Shown in pieces: positions 54,881 to 64,000 of a stretch of DNA of 64,000 nucleotides; the first letter of the stretch is position 1; each line of letters begins with the position of its first letter. The position numbers were made by a program, and so were the translations under genes. This DNA comes from Armatimonadota bacterium (GTDB taxonomy: Bacteria > Armatimonadota > Fimbriimonadia > Fimbriimonadales > GBS-DC). Under the pieces are notes generated by a model, which was not told the DNA's origin, ran no database searches, and saw only the letters and a program-made list of their open reading frames with translations. The stretch is from assembly GCA_013359125.1 (NCBI GenBank), contig JABWCR010000006.1:12643-76642 (forward strand), read 5' to 3'.

Positions 54881-56068
54881 ATGATAAACGAGAAGCTTTG
54901 GTCGTGGTGGTTTGCAAAGCAGGGATTGGACGGAAGCCTGGCAGGGGCTTCGCCCAAGGCGGTGTTGGAAAAGTCCGGTTGGGCGCGCACCGTGGGCGGC
55001 AGCAATCCCTATATCGCCCTGTTCGCCCGGGCCGGAATTGGAAAAGCGCAAGCCGAGCAATCGGTCGCCGACCTGCAGATTCACGAACTGCCCAGTGCCA
55101 GGGGCTGCACCTATCTGATCCCCAAGAGCGACTATGCGCTTGCACTGATTGCAGCGCAAGGCACGGGCTCGAAGCCGGGATTGTCCGGCGTGGAGAAGAG
55201 CCTGGGCGTTACGGAAGAGGAATTGGACCGGTTGATGGCGATGGTATTGGACGCCTTGGCGAAAGGGGCGCTCGATTCCCGCGGCTTAAGACAATCGCTA
55301 GGGGGCGCGGTGCGCAGTTTGGGGGACGAGGGCAAGAAGAAAGGCGTGGTCTCGACGCTGCCTTCGGCGCTGGGCCGTTTGCAGGCAGTCGGGAAGATTC
55401 GTCGCGTGCCGGTGGACGGGCGATTGGATCACGAACGGTATGCCTATGCGCTTTGGCGGCCCAGTCCTCTGGACGGTTCTTCGTTGACATTTGACGAAGC
55501 GATGGCCGAATTGGCCAAGAAGTACTTTCGATGGATCGGCCCAGCGACGGCCAAGCAGTTTCAGGCTTTTGCGGGCATTGGCGTCAAGGCGACGCAGTCC
55601 GCGCTGGACGCCATCGGTCTAATGCCGATCGAACCGGGGTCGGACTACTTGATATGCGGCGACGAACTGGACGACTTTAAGGCGCACAGACCGCCTTCTA
55701 AGCCTCAATACTCGTTGGTGTCCAGCCTCGATTCGATCGTGCTTTTGCGCCGAGATTCGGCGTCAGTAGTCGCTCAAGAAGACGCCGGGCGAGAGGTGTA
55801 CGGCGAGAAGACGACGACCTCGGTGGGCGGATTGCAGGACCTGCCGAGCCACGGGATATTTGATCGAGGACGGCTTATCGGGCTTTGGGAGTTCGATCCG
55901 AGCGTTGGCAAGATAGAAAGAACGCTGTTTGTGCCGGAGGATGCCGTTCTAAAGGCCAAAATTGTCGAGATGGAGCGTTTTGTGCGCGACGAGATCGGGG
56001 ATGCGCGCTCATTTAGTTTGGACAGTCCTGCTTCTCGAGAGCCAAGGCTTGCGGCGTTAAGAAGTTAA
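54881..56068 (+). CDS. winged-helix DNA-binding protein of the YcaQ/AlkZ-like (DUF1006) family
   Basis: 395 aa. N-terminal WFAKQGL ... VGGSNPYIALFARAG resembles the crosslink-repair glycosylase-like family. Recognised from memory only. Confidence 0.6.
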   Translation: MINEKLWSWWFAKQGLDGSLAGASPKAVLEKSGWARTVGGSNPYIALFARAGIGKAQAEQSVADLQIHELPSARGCTYLIPKSDYALALIAAQGTGSKPGLSGVEKSLGVTEEELDRLMAMVLDALAKGALDSRGLRQSLGGAVRSLGDEGKKKGVVSTLPSALGRLQAVGKIRRVPVDGRLDHERYAYALWRPSPLDGSSLTFDEAMAELAKKYFRWIGPATAKQFQAFAGIGVKATQSALDAIGLMPIEPGSDYLICGDELDDFKAHRPPSKPQYSLVSSLDSIVLLRRDSASVVAQEDAGREVYGEKTTTSVGGLQDLPSHGIFDRGRLIGLWEFDPSVGKIERTLFVPEDAVLKAKIVEMERFVRDEIGDARSFSLDSPASREPRLAALRS

Positions 56069-57318
56069 GCGCCCACGATTTCGCCTGAGCATTCTCCAAA
56101 GCCTATCGACGCAAATCCTTGTCTCTCGCATCTTGCCCGGAGAACGATGCGGTCGCCATCTTCCAGGAAGCGTCTCGACTCTCCGTTCGGCAGTTGGAAG
56201 GGCTGTTTGCCGCCGCGGGTCAATTCGAGCAGGGAACCCAGGCTTTCGATGTCTGGGCCAGAGATCGTGCCTGTTCCTATGAGATCGCCCGGCTTTAGGT
56301 TGCAGCCGTTGCTTGTGTGATGGGCGATCATCTGTGCGATGGTCCAGTAAAGCCATTTGGAGTTTGATCGGCAGAGGGTCATAGGCTCTGTATCCGCCTG
56401 GGCGATTTGGGCTTCAAGATGGATGTCGAAGCCGCTGCCTGCGGGCAACAGGTATGACAATGGCTGAGGGTCGCCTTCGGGGCGCTGGAACGGGTCGCAT
56501 CGGAAAGGCGCCAGCGCTTCAGTCGTAACGATCCATGGCGAGATCGTGGAGGCAAAGTTCTTGGCCAAGAAGGGGCCGAGGGGCTGATACTCCCATTTTT
56601 GGAGGTCTCGCGCAGACCAGTCATTGAGGAGGCAGAGTCCGAAAAGTTGCTGCTCGGCCTGACTAGCGTCGATCGGCTCGCCCAATTGATTGCCCGGGCC
56701 GATGAAGACGCCGATCTCCAGTTCGTAATCGAGCACGCGGCTGGGGCCATATGTGGGCGATTCGGCGTCGTCGGCCTTGGTCTGGCCTTTGGGACGCTTG
56801 ATCGGGGTTCCAGAAGGCACCACCGAAGAAGCGCGGCCGTGATAGGCGATGGGGATGTGCTTATAGTTGGGCAGGAGCGGGTTGTCGGGACGAAAGAGCG
56901 CTCCGACGTTGGTCGCGTGATAGATCGAGGCATAGAAATCGGTGTAGTCGCCAATGTCTGCCGGAAGATGCATTGTGCAATCGCTTGCTTTGTAAAGCGG
57001 CGCGCTGCGATCGCCGTCTTGGCGCAAGGCCCGGCTGATCGCCAGGCGGACCATGGACCAAGATTCTTGACCCAGCGACATGAAGCCATTTAGGGTTGGA
57101 CGGGATAGCGCCGCTTTGATGGTTTCGGACAGATCGGCGTTCTTGGCCCACTCGCGCGCATCCAAGATACGGTCGCCTATCGCGACGCCGATGCGGGGTT
57201 CTGCGGAAGACGGCGAAAAGACGCCAAAGGGCAGGTTTTGGACAGGGAATTCGCTGTCTTGGGCTGAATCGACCCAACTCTTGAGGTTCGGATCATGGGT
57301 TTCGTTCAATGGGGTCAT
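56065..57318 (-). CDS. fahA: fumarylacetoacetase
   Basis: ATG 57318 in an ATGA overlap with the upstream stop. N-terminal SWVDSAQDSEFPVQNLPFGVFS and the C-terminal FAH fold blocks. Confidence 0.9.
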   Translation of the reverse strand: MTPLNETHDPNLKSWVDSAQDSEFPVQNLPFGVFSPSSAEPRIGVAIGDRILDAREWAKNADLSETIKAALSRPTLNGFMSLGQESWSMVRLAISRALRQDGDRSAPLYKASDCTMHLPADIGDYTDFYASIYHATNVGALFRPDNPLLPNYKHIPIAYHGRASSVVPSGTPIKRPKGQTKADDAESPTYGPSRVLDYELEIGVFIGPGNQLGEPIDASQAEQQLFGLCLLNDWSARDLQKWEYQPLGPFLAKNFASTISPWIVTTEALAPFRCDPFQRPEGDPQPLSYLLPAGSGFDIHLEAQIAQADTEPMTLCRSNSKWLYWTIAQMIAHHTSNGCNLKPGDLIGTGTISGPDIESLGSLLELTRGGKQPFQLPNGESRRFLEDGDRIVLRARCERQGFASIGFGECSGEIVGA

Positions 57319-58109
57319 TTCAGATGTTCCAGCAGTTCGAGGGTTGGCTCGGTGAACGAGCAGGAGCCGAAGGAAGTCCATCGTCGGCGGAGGGCGCGAA
57401 TGGTTTCAAGGTCGAATGCTCGATCTCGCCAACTCATTTTGTCTTCATGAAACTGGAAATCCGAGCGATCGGCGGTTAACGCTTCGATCATCTCGGCTTC
57501 GTCGCTCAGCATGACGGCCACTGCGAGATTGACATAGCCGTGCATCCAGGATCGCGGCGGGTTTGGTTCGTAGGTCAATGGGTGTTCGTCGCAGAAGGGG
57601 TGGTGAAGGCCAGCGGTGGCCTTGAAAGGGCTTGCCCCGATCGACATGAGAAATCGGGCAACGTTTTGGGGATGGGGGATGAGATCGGGGGTAATTCCGC
57701 CCATGCGGATTTTGGGATAGAAGCCTTGTTCTATCGCATCCGTCGGGTTGGGCGTTTCGAAATAGGTCGGGCGGGGCAAGATGTCTGTTGGAAGCGTCTT
57801 GGTTTCGAAGCAATCCACGGTAAATCGACCGTCATGCTCGCAAAACGCCAGGGCCTTTTGCGCTTCTTCATCCGGATTCTCGCCCAATAGAACGGCTAGG
57901 GGGCATCTTACATCGGGCGGCGCATTTGCAGCCAGTTCTTTCAGGCGCGGGGCGGGAACCACCAGTCGGCCCAGCGCCCAAGACCATTCGCTTTGTCGGT
58001 AGTCGGCATAGTTTTGGACGGTCGCCGACATGTCCAAGCAGGCGGGCGGATAGAGTCCCGCATAGTCGATCAGGCCTTCGAGCAAGACGCGGGCAGACGC
58101 GAGCATCAT
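57315..58109 (-). CDS. conserved-looking hypothetical protein, translationally coupled to fahA
   Basis: 264-aa ORF with ordinary composition and no TM. No family recognised. Confidence 0.5.
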   Translation of the reverse strand: MMLASARVLLEGLIDYAGLYPPACLDMSATVQNYADYRQSEWSWALGRLVVPAPRLKELAANAPPDVRCPLAVLLGENPDEEAQKALAFCEHDGRFTVDCFETKTLPTDILPRPTYFETPNPTDAIEQGFYPKIRMGGITPDLIPHPQNVARFLMSIGASPFKATAGLHHPFCDEHPLTYEPNPPRSWMHGYVNLAVAVMLSDEAEMIEALTADRSDFQFHEDKMSWRDRAFDLETIRALRRRWTSFGSCSFTEPTLELLEHLK

Positions 58110-58147
58110 GGCGAAGCGAGTTTACCTGGTTTAGGTAGACTAGGGAC

Positions 58148-59137
58148 GTGAGGCAAGGTTATTTGATCGCTCCTCGGGCGCTGGAGTTGCGCCGCGTCGA
58201 ACCGCCATCTCCTGGCCCGGGAGAGGTTTTGGTGCGGGCGCGCGCGGCGCTGACTTGCGGCACGGATTTGAAGACCTATCGGCACGGCCATGCGCGGTTG
58301 CCGTTCGGACCGTTTGGGCACGAGGGTTCTGGCGAGGTTTTAGAGGTTGGCGCAGGCATCGAACGGTTCAAACCGGGCGATGCGGTCGTGTGGACGCCGA
58401 CCGCACCGTGCAAAGAGTGTCCACAGTGCCAAAAGGGGCGCGAGAACTTGTGCCGGCGGTTGATGGAGTCGGTCGTGCTGGGCGCCTTCGCCGACTTTGT
58501 GCTGATCCATGCGAAGGTTGCCGCGGTGCATCTCTTTCGCAAACCGAGCGGTTTGAGATTTGAGACGGCGGCCTTTACAGAGCCGTTAGCCTGCGTGATT
58601 CGGGCTTGGCGAGCGTGCGAGCCGTTGCCGGGCGAGTCTGTGCTGATCTTGGGCGGGGGCACGATGGCGATGCTTCACCTGATGGAGGCCAAACGCAGGG
58701 GGTTGCGCGCGACGGTTGCGGTTCGGTCGCCTCAAAAAGCATCTGTAGCACAAGATTTAGGCGCGTCGGAGGTGGTGGCCATTAAGGATGCGCCATTGGC
58801 CGACTTAGTGATCGAGGCGACCGGCAGCCCTGAAGTTTGGAGTTTGGCGCCGATGCTGGCGGAGCCGGGCGGAAAGGTTTTGTTCTATAGCGGGTTGACG
58901 AGAGACGCAATGGTCAATATCGCCGCAGAGAGGGTGCATTACGAAGAGGTTGCGCTGATCGGTGCGTTTCACTATACGACTCAAGACGCCCAGGAAGCGC
59001 TGCGTCGATTGGCAGAAGGCGAGATAGACCCGGAGCCGTTGATTACGGAGCGGAGGTCGTTAGATCGCCTTGTTGAGACATTTGAGGATTTGGATCAAAG
59101 CCGGGGGGCGAAGTACGCCTTTATCAACGATGATTAG
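58148..59137 (+). CDS. zinc-dependent MDR alcohol/polyol dehydrogenase
   Basis: GTG start. CGTD, GHEGSGEV and the structural-zinc Cys cluster CKECPQCQKGRENLC. Confidence 0.8.
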   Translation: MRQGYLIAPRALELRRVEPPSPGPGEVLVRARAALTCGTDLKTYRHGHARLPFGPFGHEGSGEVLEVGAGIERFKPGDAVVWTPTAPCKECPQCQKGRENLCRRLMESVVLGAFADFVLIHAKVAAVHLFRKPSGLRFETAAFTEPLACVIRAWRACEPLPGESVLILGGGTMAMLHLMEAKRRGLRATVAVRSPQKASVAQDLGASEVVAIKDAPLADLVIEATGSPEVWSLAPMLAEPGGKVLFYSGLTRDAMVNIAAERVHYEEVALIGAFHYTTQDAQEALRRLAEGEIDPEPLITERRSLDRLVETFEDLDQSRGAKYAFINDD

Positions 59138-60116
59138 CCGAACGAAATGCGCCGTCTACTATGCGCCGAACGACATTCGCATCGAGGAGCGCGAGCTTCC
59201 TGCCAGAGAGCCAGGCGGATTGCTGGTCGAGACGGTCGCCTGCGGGTTGTGCACGGGCGAGGTCATGGACTGGTACATGGCAAAAAAAGCACCCTTTACG
59301 CCGGGACACGAGATCGTCGCACGGGTGATCGAGGGAGACGGGATCGCACCGGGAACGCTGATCGCGCTGCATCACCACGCGGCCTGCGGGCAATGTCCGA
59401 CCTGTTTGCGAGGGGACGACGTTCACTGCGGGCAATGGAGGTCGTCTCGTCTGAATCCGGGCGGGTTGAGCGAACGAGTCGTCGTGCCGCCTGAGATAGC
59501 CACATCGGACGTCGTCGCTTTGAGCGGAAACAGGACGGTTGAAAGCTACGTTTTGACCGAGCCGTTGGCTTGCGCGATCAAGTCGCTTCGCCGGGCACGA
59601 TTCGAGGCTTCCGACAGGCTTGTAATCGTTGGTTTGGGCGCGATGGGGCTGCTTCATGCGTTGGTCGCGCAGCGAATGGGGGCCCGTTCGATAGCTGGGA
59701 TCGACTTAAATCCGGTGCGATTGGCTTTTGCCCGCGATTTGGGCCTTGCGGCCTTGGATCCGACTGAAGGTTCGGATGTCAATGGGGATGTGGTCGTGGT
59801 ATGTCCTGGTTCTCAATCTGCATTGGACTTAGGGGTCAGTCTATCGGCGCCAGGAGGACGTGTCGTGGTGTTCACACCGCTTCCTCCCGATGATAGATGG
59901 CCGGTCGATGCGCACAAGGTCTACTTTGACGAGATCAGCCTGATTCCGAGTTACTCAGCCGGCGCCGCGGAGTTTGTAGAGGCCGTGCGCATGATCGAAG
60001 CGGGGTTGCCGACCGAGCGCTTGGTTACTCATCGGCTGGCGTTAGACGAGGTTCAACGCGGGTACGACCTTGTTCGAGAGGCAAACGAAGCAATAAAGGT
60101 TGTGATAGAGCTATGA
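59130..60116 (+). CDS. zinc-dependent MDR alcohol/polyol dehydrogenase (paralogue)
   Basis: ATG 59130 (8-nt overlap). CGLCTGE, PGHEIVARV, CGQCPTCLRGDDVHC, Rossmann VGLGAMG. Confidence 0.8.
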   Translation: MISRTKCAVYYAPNDIRIEERELPAREPGGLLVETVACGLCTGEVMDWYMAKKAPFTPGHEIVARVIEGDGIAPGTLIALHHHAACGQCPTCLRGDDVHCGQWRSSRLNPGGLSERVVVPPEIATSDVVALSGNRTVESYVLTEPLACAIKSLRRARFEASDRLVIVGLGAMGLLHALVAQRMGARSIAGIDLNPVRLAFARDLGLAALDPTEGSDVNGDVVVVCPGSQSALDLGVSLSAPGGRVVVFTPLPPDDRWPVDAHKVYFDEISLIPSYSAGAAEFVEAVRMIEAGLPTERLVTHRLALDEVQRGYDLVREANEAIKVVIEL

Positions 60117-60574
60117 GAATCCCGTTCGACCGAGAGGGCCATCGATGGGTTGGAGTTGAAGAGAAGCGGTATGCCGACGGAGAGCAGGGCGCGCGGGGGA
60201 TGTCTTGGAAAGGCGTTACGCGATGCGAGATTTTCAGGGCGATCGAAGGAGCGCGATTCGACCTTCGGTATTTTGAGATCGCGCCTGGCGGGTATTCGAG
60301 GTTAGAGAAGCATCAACACGCCCACGCGATCGTTGTGATCCGAGGGCATGGGGAGGCGTTGATCGGCGACCAGGTGGTGAACTTGCAACCGTTCGACGCG
60401 GCCACTGTGCCTCCCATGACGCCGCACAGATGGGTCAATGCTGGCGACGAACCGTTCGGTTTCGTCTGTCCGGCCGAATCGCCTCGCGATATGCCGCAAC
60501 CCTTATCCGACGACGAGATCGCCCGGCTGCTATTCAACGAGGCGACCAGGCGGATCGTCGAAATAGACGGTTAG
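60113..60574 (+). CDS. cupin-domain protein
   Basis: 153 aa, ATGA overlap with the upstream gene. Cupin motifs HQHAHAIVVIRGHG and PHRWVNAGDEP. Confidence 0.75.
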   Translation: MRIPFDREGHRWVGVEEKRYADGEQGARGMSWKGVTRCEIFRAIEGARFDLRYFEIAPGGYSRLEKHQHAHAIVVIRGHGEALIGDQVVNLQPFDAATVPPMTPHRWVNAGDEPFGFVCPAESPRDMPQPLSDDEIARLLFNEATRRIVEIDG

Positions 60575-60789
60575 AGGTTGCCGACTGGAGCGGGCGCGCC
60601 TGGCTGGCCAGGTTGGCCGGGCTGCCCCGTGCCGGAATCCCTGGTCGACCCTGGATTCGTGTCGTAGCTATCCAACTTTGGCGCATTTCGGGTGTCGCCC
60701 GGCCCCTTGTTGTACATAAAGAACACCACGGCGACGGCTACGAGCGCGACGACGCAAAGCACAATGGCGGTCGTGTTATTGACCTTCAT
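60571..60789 (-). CDS. small membrane-anchored protein with a GQP-rich tail
   Basis: GGAGG before ATG 60789. 72 aa. TM AIVLCVVALVAVAVVFF, then GTGQPGQPGQPGAPAP. Uncertain. Confidence 0.35.
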   Translation of the reverse strand: MKVNNTTAIVLCVVALVAVAVVFFMYNKGPGDTRNAPKLDSYDTNPGSTRDSGTGQPGQPGQPGAPAPVGNL

Positions 60790-60865
60790 ATCGAAAAGTT
60801 CCTCCCCATCTGATGCATTTCTTCCAGCGGTTTCGCCGCGCTGATGGTCGATTCCTGCAAACGGC

Positions 60866-62542
60866 TCATTTTTTGGCTTCCGATAACATCTCTCGCGCAT
60901 GGACGATGGCCGTCTGGCCTGTATCGCCTGCGATCATACGGGCGATCTCTTCTTCGCGCTCTGCGCCGGACAAGAGTTGTGCTACAGCGACAGTCCGTCC
61001 ATCTATTTCCTGTTTATCGATCGAGAAGTGCTGATCGGCGCGCGCTGCGATTTGGGCCAGGTGCGTTACGCACAGCGCTTGCGAGTTCTTGGAAAGTCGA
61101 CTCAGTTTATCCGCGACGATGGTTGCTGCTCGACCGCCCAACCCTGCGTCTACCTCGTCGAAGATGAGCGATCCGACGGGAGACGCTCCGGCTAGCGCGC
61201 TTTTGATAGCCAGCATGACGCGCGATATCTCGCCGCCCGAGGCGATCTTGGTCAGGGGTTTTGGCGATTCGCCGATGTTTGCGCTGAAGAGGTATTCGAC
61301 CGCATCGGCGCCCTTTACATCGATCGGCTTGGGTTCGATCGAGATTGCGAATTGCGCATGGGTCATGCCGAGGTCTTGCAGGTGATCGTTTACGAGGGTC
61401 GCAAATGAAGTCGCGCCATCGGCTCTCATCCTGGTCAAGTTGGCGGCTGTATGAGTCAGCTCGTTGGCTGTCGAAACGAGTTGATTATTGAGCTCCTGCA
61501 GTCTCTCGTCTTGGTTTTCAAAGTCTCCCAGCTTGCGCCGGGCTTCTTCTCCGAAGGCTATCACGGCGGCTATGGATTCGCCGTACTTTCGTTTGAGCGA
61601 TCGTATTTGGTCCAGTCGCCTCACGGTCTTATCGAGCTCTTCGGGCTGTGCTTCTATCTCCTCGGCATAACGGCGAAGCGCTGTGGCGCAGTCTCTGGCC
61701 GAATCGAGAGCAGAGAGCAGGAGGCTGTCGAGCGCCTCCAGTCCGTCGTCCAGCTTCGCTGCTTCTGACAGGCTTTTCTGCGCCCGAGCCAAAGCCTCGT
61801 AGGCGCTTGCCTCGCCGTCCAGCGCATCGATCGCTTCGGCTGCGAGTTGGCCCAAGCGGTCGGCGTTGGCCAGACGCTTCTCGGCCGATTCGAGAGTTTC
61901 GTCTTCTCCCGGGGTTAGGTTCGCGCCTTCGATCTCTTCAGCCTGATACCGCAGCAAGTCGAGAGCGCGCTCTCGTTCGGCACCGGTTTGCGTCAGTTCT
62001 GCAATCTCGGCCTCTATCGACTGCTTGGCCAGATAGAGCTCGCGAACTTTGTGCTTGAGCTCGACGGCGGGAGCGCCGAGCCAATCGTCCAGGAGTTCTA
62101 AATGGGACGCCACCCGAAAGAGGGATTGATGCTCGTGCTGGCCGTGCAGATCAACCAGCGCTTCTGCCAGTTTTTTCAATGAAGAGACGGGGGCCGGACG
62201 GCCATTGATGCGGGCGCCCGTCCGGCCGTTGGTCGAGAGTTCTCGGCTGAGGAAGAGCAATCCGTCCTCTGGTTCGACGCCAATGTCATTGGCGATTGAA
62301 ATCGCTACGGGGCAGCGCCTGACATCGAAAACGGCTATTACGGTTGCCTGATCGCAGCCTTGTCGTATCAAATTCGTATCGGCGCGGTCGCCCAAGGCGA
62401 GGCTAATGGCGTCTATCAGAATAGACTTTCCGGCACCCGTTTCGCCCGTCAGCGCGATGAGGCCAGGACCGAACCGCAGGTTCAGCCGGTCCACAATGGC
62501 AACGTTCTCGATATGCAGTTCGACGAGCATCAGGCCGTCCAT
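60866..62542 (-). CDS. recN: DNA repair protein RecN
   Basis: 558 aa. Walker A GETGAGKSI, coiled-coil middle, C-terminal SGGE signature and FDEVDAGLGG. Confidence 0.95.
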   Translation of the reverse strand: MDGLMLVELHIENVAIVDRLNLRFGPGLIALTGETGAGKSILIDAISLALGDRADTNLIRQGCDQATVIAVFDVRRCPVAISIANDIGVEPEDGLLFLSRELSTNGRTGARINGRPAPVSSLKKLAEALVDLHGQHEHQSLFRVASHLELLDDWLGAPAVELKHKVRELYLAKQSIEAEIAELTQTGAERERALDLLRYQAEEIEGANLTPGEDETLESAEKRLANADRLGQLAAEAIDALDGEASAYEALARAQKSLSEAAKLDDGLEALDSLLLSALDSARDCATALRRYAEEIEAQPEELDKTVRRLDQIRSLKRKYGESIAAVIAFGEEARRKLGDFENQDERLQELNNQLVSTANELTHTAANLTRMRADGATSFATLVNDHLQDLGMTHAQFAISIEPKPIDVKGADAVEYLFSANIGESPKPLTKIASGGEISRVMLAIKSALAGASPVGSLIFDEVDAGLGGRAATIVADKLSRLSKNSQALCVTHLAQIAARADQHFSIDKQEIDGRTVAVAQLLSGAEREEEIARMIAGDTGQTAIVHAREMLSEAKK

Positions 62543-62701
62543 GTTGTACCCGACGAAAAGTTCTAGGGAAGCAAGAAGGAATCGGAGATGGGCGCGGCGA
62601 ATTACACAAGCGGTAGGAACGCGTTGCGCTGTCGTCTGGTATATAATGTGGGTTGATTGGGATTGGACAGGCAGGATTGCGAAAAAATGGGGTGAGATTC
62701 G

Positions 62702-63769
62702 ATGTCCTTGCAGTATAAGAGTTTGGTTATTGCCGCAGGTTTGGCGGCGCTCGTGGCGGGCGCTTCTGCTCAGCCTTATAGTTTCCGCGCCCTCGGCACA
62801 TTGGGCGGCGTTGATAGCTATGGCCGCTCTGTGAATAGTCAGGGCATGGTTGTTGGCTATTCTCGCAACTCCGCAGGCAATTATCGAGCATTCAAATGGG
62901 TCGATGGTCAGATGACCGACCTAGGCACTCTTGGCGGGCAGCGCAGTTATGCGTATGCCGTCAACGACGCTGGCATGATCGCAGGCGAAGCACAGCGCGC
63001 AGACGGCACTTATCGCGCTTTTCTTTATGACGGCTCTCAGATGATCGATCTTGGCACCTTGGGCGGCAACGAGAGCTTTGCGAGAGGGATCACTGCCGAC
63101 GGCAAGGTCGTCGGTTCTTCCAGATTGGCCAATGGCGAAACGCGCGCCTTCTATTACGATGGCACGACGATGCGCCAATTGCCGACTTTGGGCGGCAATT
63201 TTGCCGAAGCTTACGGCGTTAACAGTTTGGGCCAGGTCGTCGGGCACTCCCGAAACGCTTTGGGGCAAAATCAAGCTTTCATTTGGGACCCGGCCACGAA
63301 CCAGATAACAGGCTTGGGATCGTTGGGGGGCAGCGCCTCCATTGCGACCGGCATCAATAGCGACGGCTTGATCGTCGGGGCTGCGCGAAAGGCGTCAGGA
63401 GCCAATGCCGCTACCATGTGGCACAGCTCCGGTATTCTCGATATTGGCACCCTTGGAGGTCCCGAGAGCTGGGCTTACGGCATTAACGAGTTCGGCTATA
63501 TCGTCGGTTCGTCCACAATGCCCAACGGCAGCGACCGCGGTTTCTTCTATGACGGCGAGAGCCTGCACGATCTCAATCAATTGGTGCGGTTTTCGTCCAG
63601 TTGGGTGCTTCAGAGAGGATTGGGCATCAGCGACGCTGGACACATTACGGGATACGGAAGCTTTAATGGCCGCTTGCAGGGCTTTGTGATGAACCCTGTA
63701 CCAGAGCCTGCCTCGATGACTGCGCTTGCAATCGGCCTGATAGCCTTGGCACGGCGACGCCGTCGATAG
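62702..63769 (+). CDS. HAF-repeat extracellular protein with a PEP-CTERM sorting signal
   Basis: Signal peptide. About eight ~43-aa repeats each containing LGTLGG. C-terminal VPEPAS + hydrophobic helix + RRRRR. Confidence 0.8.
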   Translation: MSLQYKSLVIAAGLAALVAGASAQPYSFRALGTLGGVDSYGRSVNSQGMVVGYSRNSAGNYRAFKWVDGQMTDLGTLGGQRSYAYAVNDAGMIAGEAQRADGTYRAFLYDGSQMIDLGTLGGNESFARGITADGKVVGSSRLANGETRAFYYDGTTMRQLPTLGGNFAEAYGVNSLGQVVGHSRNALGQNQAFIWDPATNQITGLGSLGGSASIATGINSDGLIVGAARKASGANAATMWHSSGILDIGTLGGPESWAYGINEFGYIVGSSTMPNGSDRGFFYDGESLHDLNQLVRFSSSWVLQRGLGISDAGHITGYGSFNGRLQGFVMNPVPEPASMTALAIGLIALARRRRR

Positions 63770-64000
63770 ATGCTGAGAATCGCGCTCATTGGGACTGGCG
63801 GCATTGCAAACGGCCATGCCCAGGGCGCTGAAGCGTTGCCCGATCTCGTTCAAGTAACCGCGCTTTGCGACACCGACCCGGCGCGACTCGCGCGTTTTTC
63901 CAAGCGGTTTCCCGACGCGGTCGCCGTCAGCGACTGGCGCGAACTCCTGGCGCGAGACGATATCGACGCGTTTGACGTCTGCCTGCCCCACCATCTCCAT
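63770..64000 (+). CDS. Gfo/Idh/MocA-family oxidoreductase, N-terminal fragment (runs off the window)
   Basis: ATG directly after the preceding TAG. My translation is MLRIALIGTGGIANGHAQG...DVCLPHHLH (Rossmann N-terminus). Not in the ORF track because no stop is reached. Confidence 0.75.
   Translation, partial: MLRIALIGTGGIANGHAQGAEALPDLVQVTALCDTDPARLARFSKRFPDAVAVSDWRELLARDDIDAFDVCLPHHLH

Noticed and set aside
1-64000. CRISPR arrays, transposons, integrases or prophage genes, including next to tRNA-Pro
   Set aside because: I saw no regularly spaced direct repeats and no transposase-, integrase- or phage-like translations. The tRNA-Pro flanks are ordinary genes (CBS-DUF1385 and the Lon N-domain protein).

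Overview
GC-rich bacterial chromosomal segment with about 60 protein genes and one tRNA-Pro. I saw no rRNA, CRISPR array, transposase, integrase or prophage genes. The high GC content produces many long spurious antisense and alternate-frame ORFs in the track. Most genes are housekeeping: serS, dxr, rseP, smc, trpE, sdhA, mutS, gyrB, recN, comM, lgt, lspA. Six things stand out. (1) A non-actinobacterial Pup-like (UBact-type) proteasome cassette in the order Dop-like, 61-aa modifier ending RSGE, prcB, prcA, PafA-like (7347-12040). It sits inside a 13-gene, almost gap-free minus-strand array (2948-13842). No Mpa/ARC unfoldase or PafBC regulator is in the window. (2) A gene the ORF track splits in two (2948-3550) reads as a secreted iodothyronine-deiodinase-like selenoprotein, with an in-frame UGA at the FGSxT-U-PPF active site and a SECIS-like hairpin just downstream. 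(3) A translationally coupled pilM-N-O-(P)-Q-B-C type IV pilus/T2SS-like operon lacks pilin, prepilin peptidase and PilT (23955-30966). (4) Three unrelated secreted proteins share a C-terminal dockerin-like double Ca-binding module ending FG-x-GC. A HAF-repeat PEP-CTERM protein is also present. (5) A promoter-to-intrinsic-terminator structured RNA or leader of unknown class lies upstream of a stand-alone HNH endonuclease gene. (6) Several domain oddities: a CBS-DUF1385 fusion, a CE4 deacetylase with substituted catalytic motifs, sdhC-sdhA without sdhB, and an unknown gene coupled to fumarylacetoacetase. The combination of UBact, PEP-CTERM, a secretin and dockerin-like modules suggests a diderm non-proteobacterial lineage such as Armatimonadota. 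That is inference only. All calls come from reading translations and sequence by eye; no searches were run.
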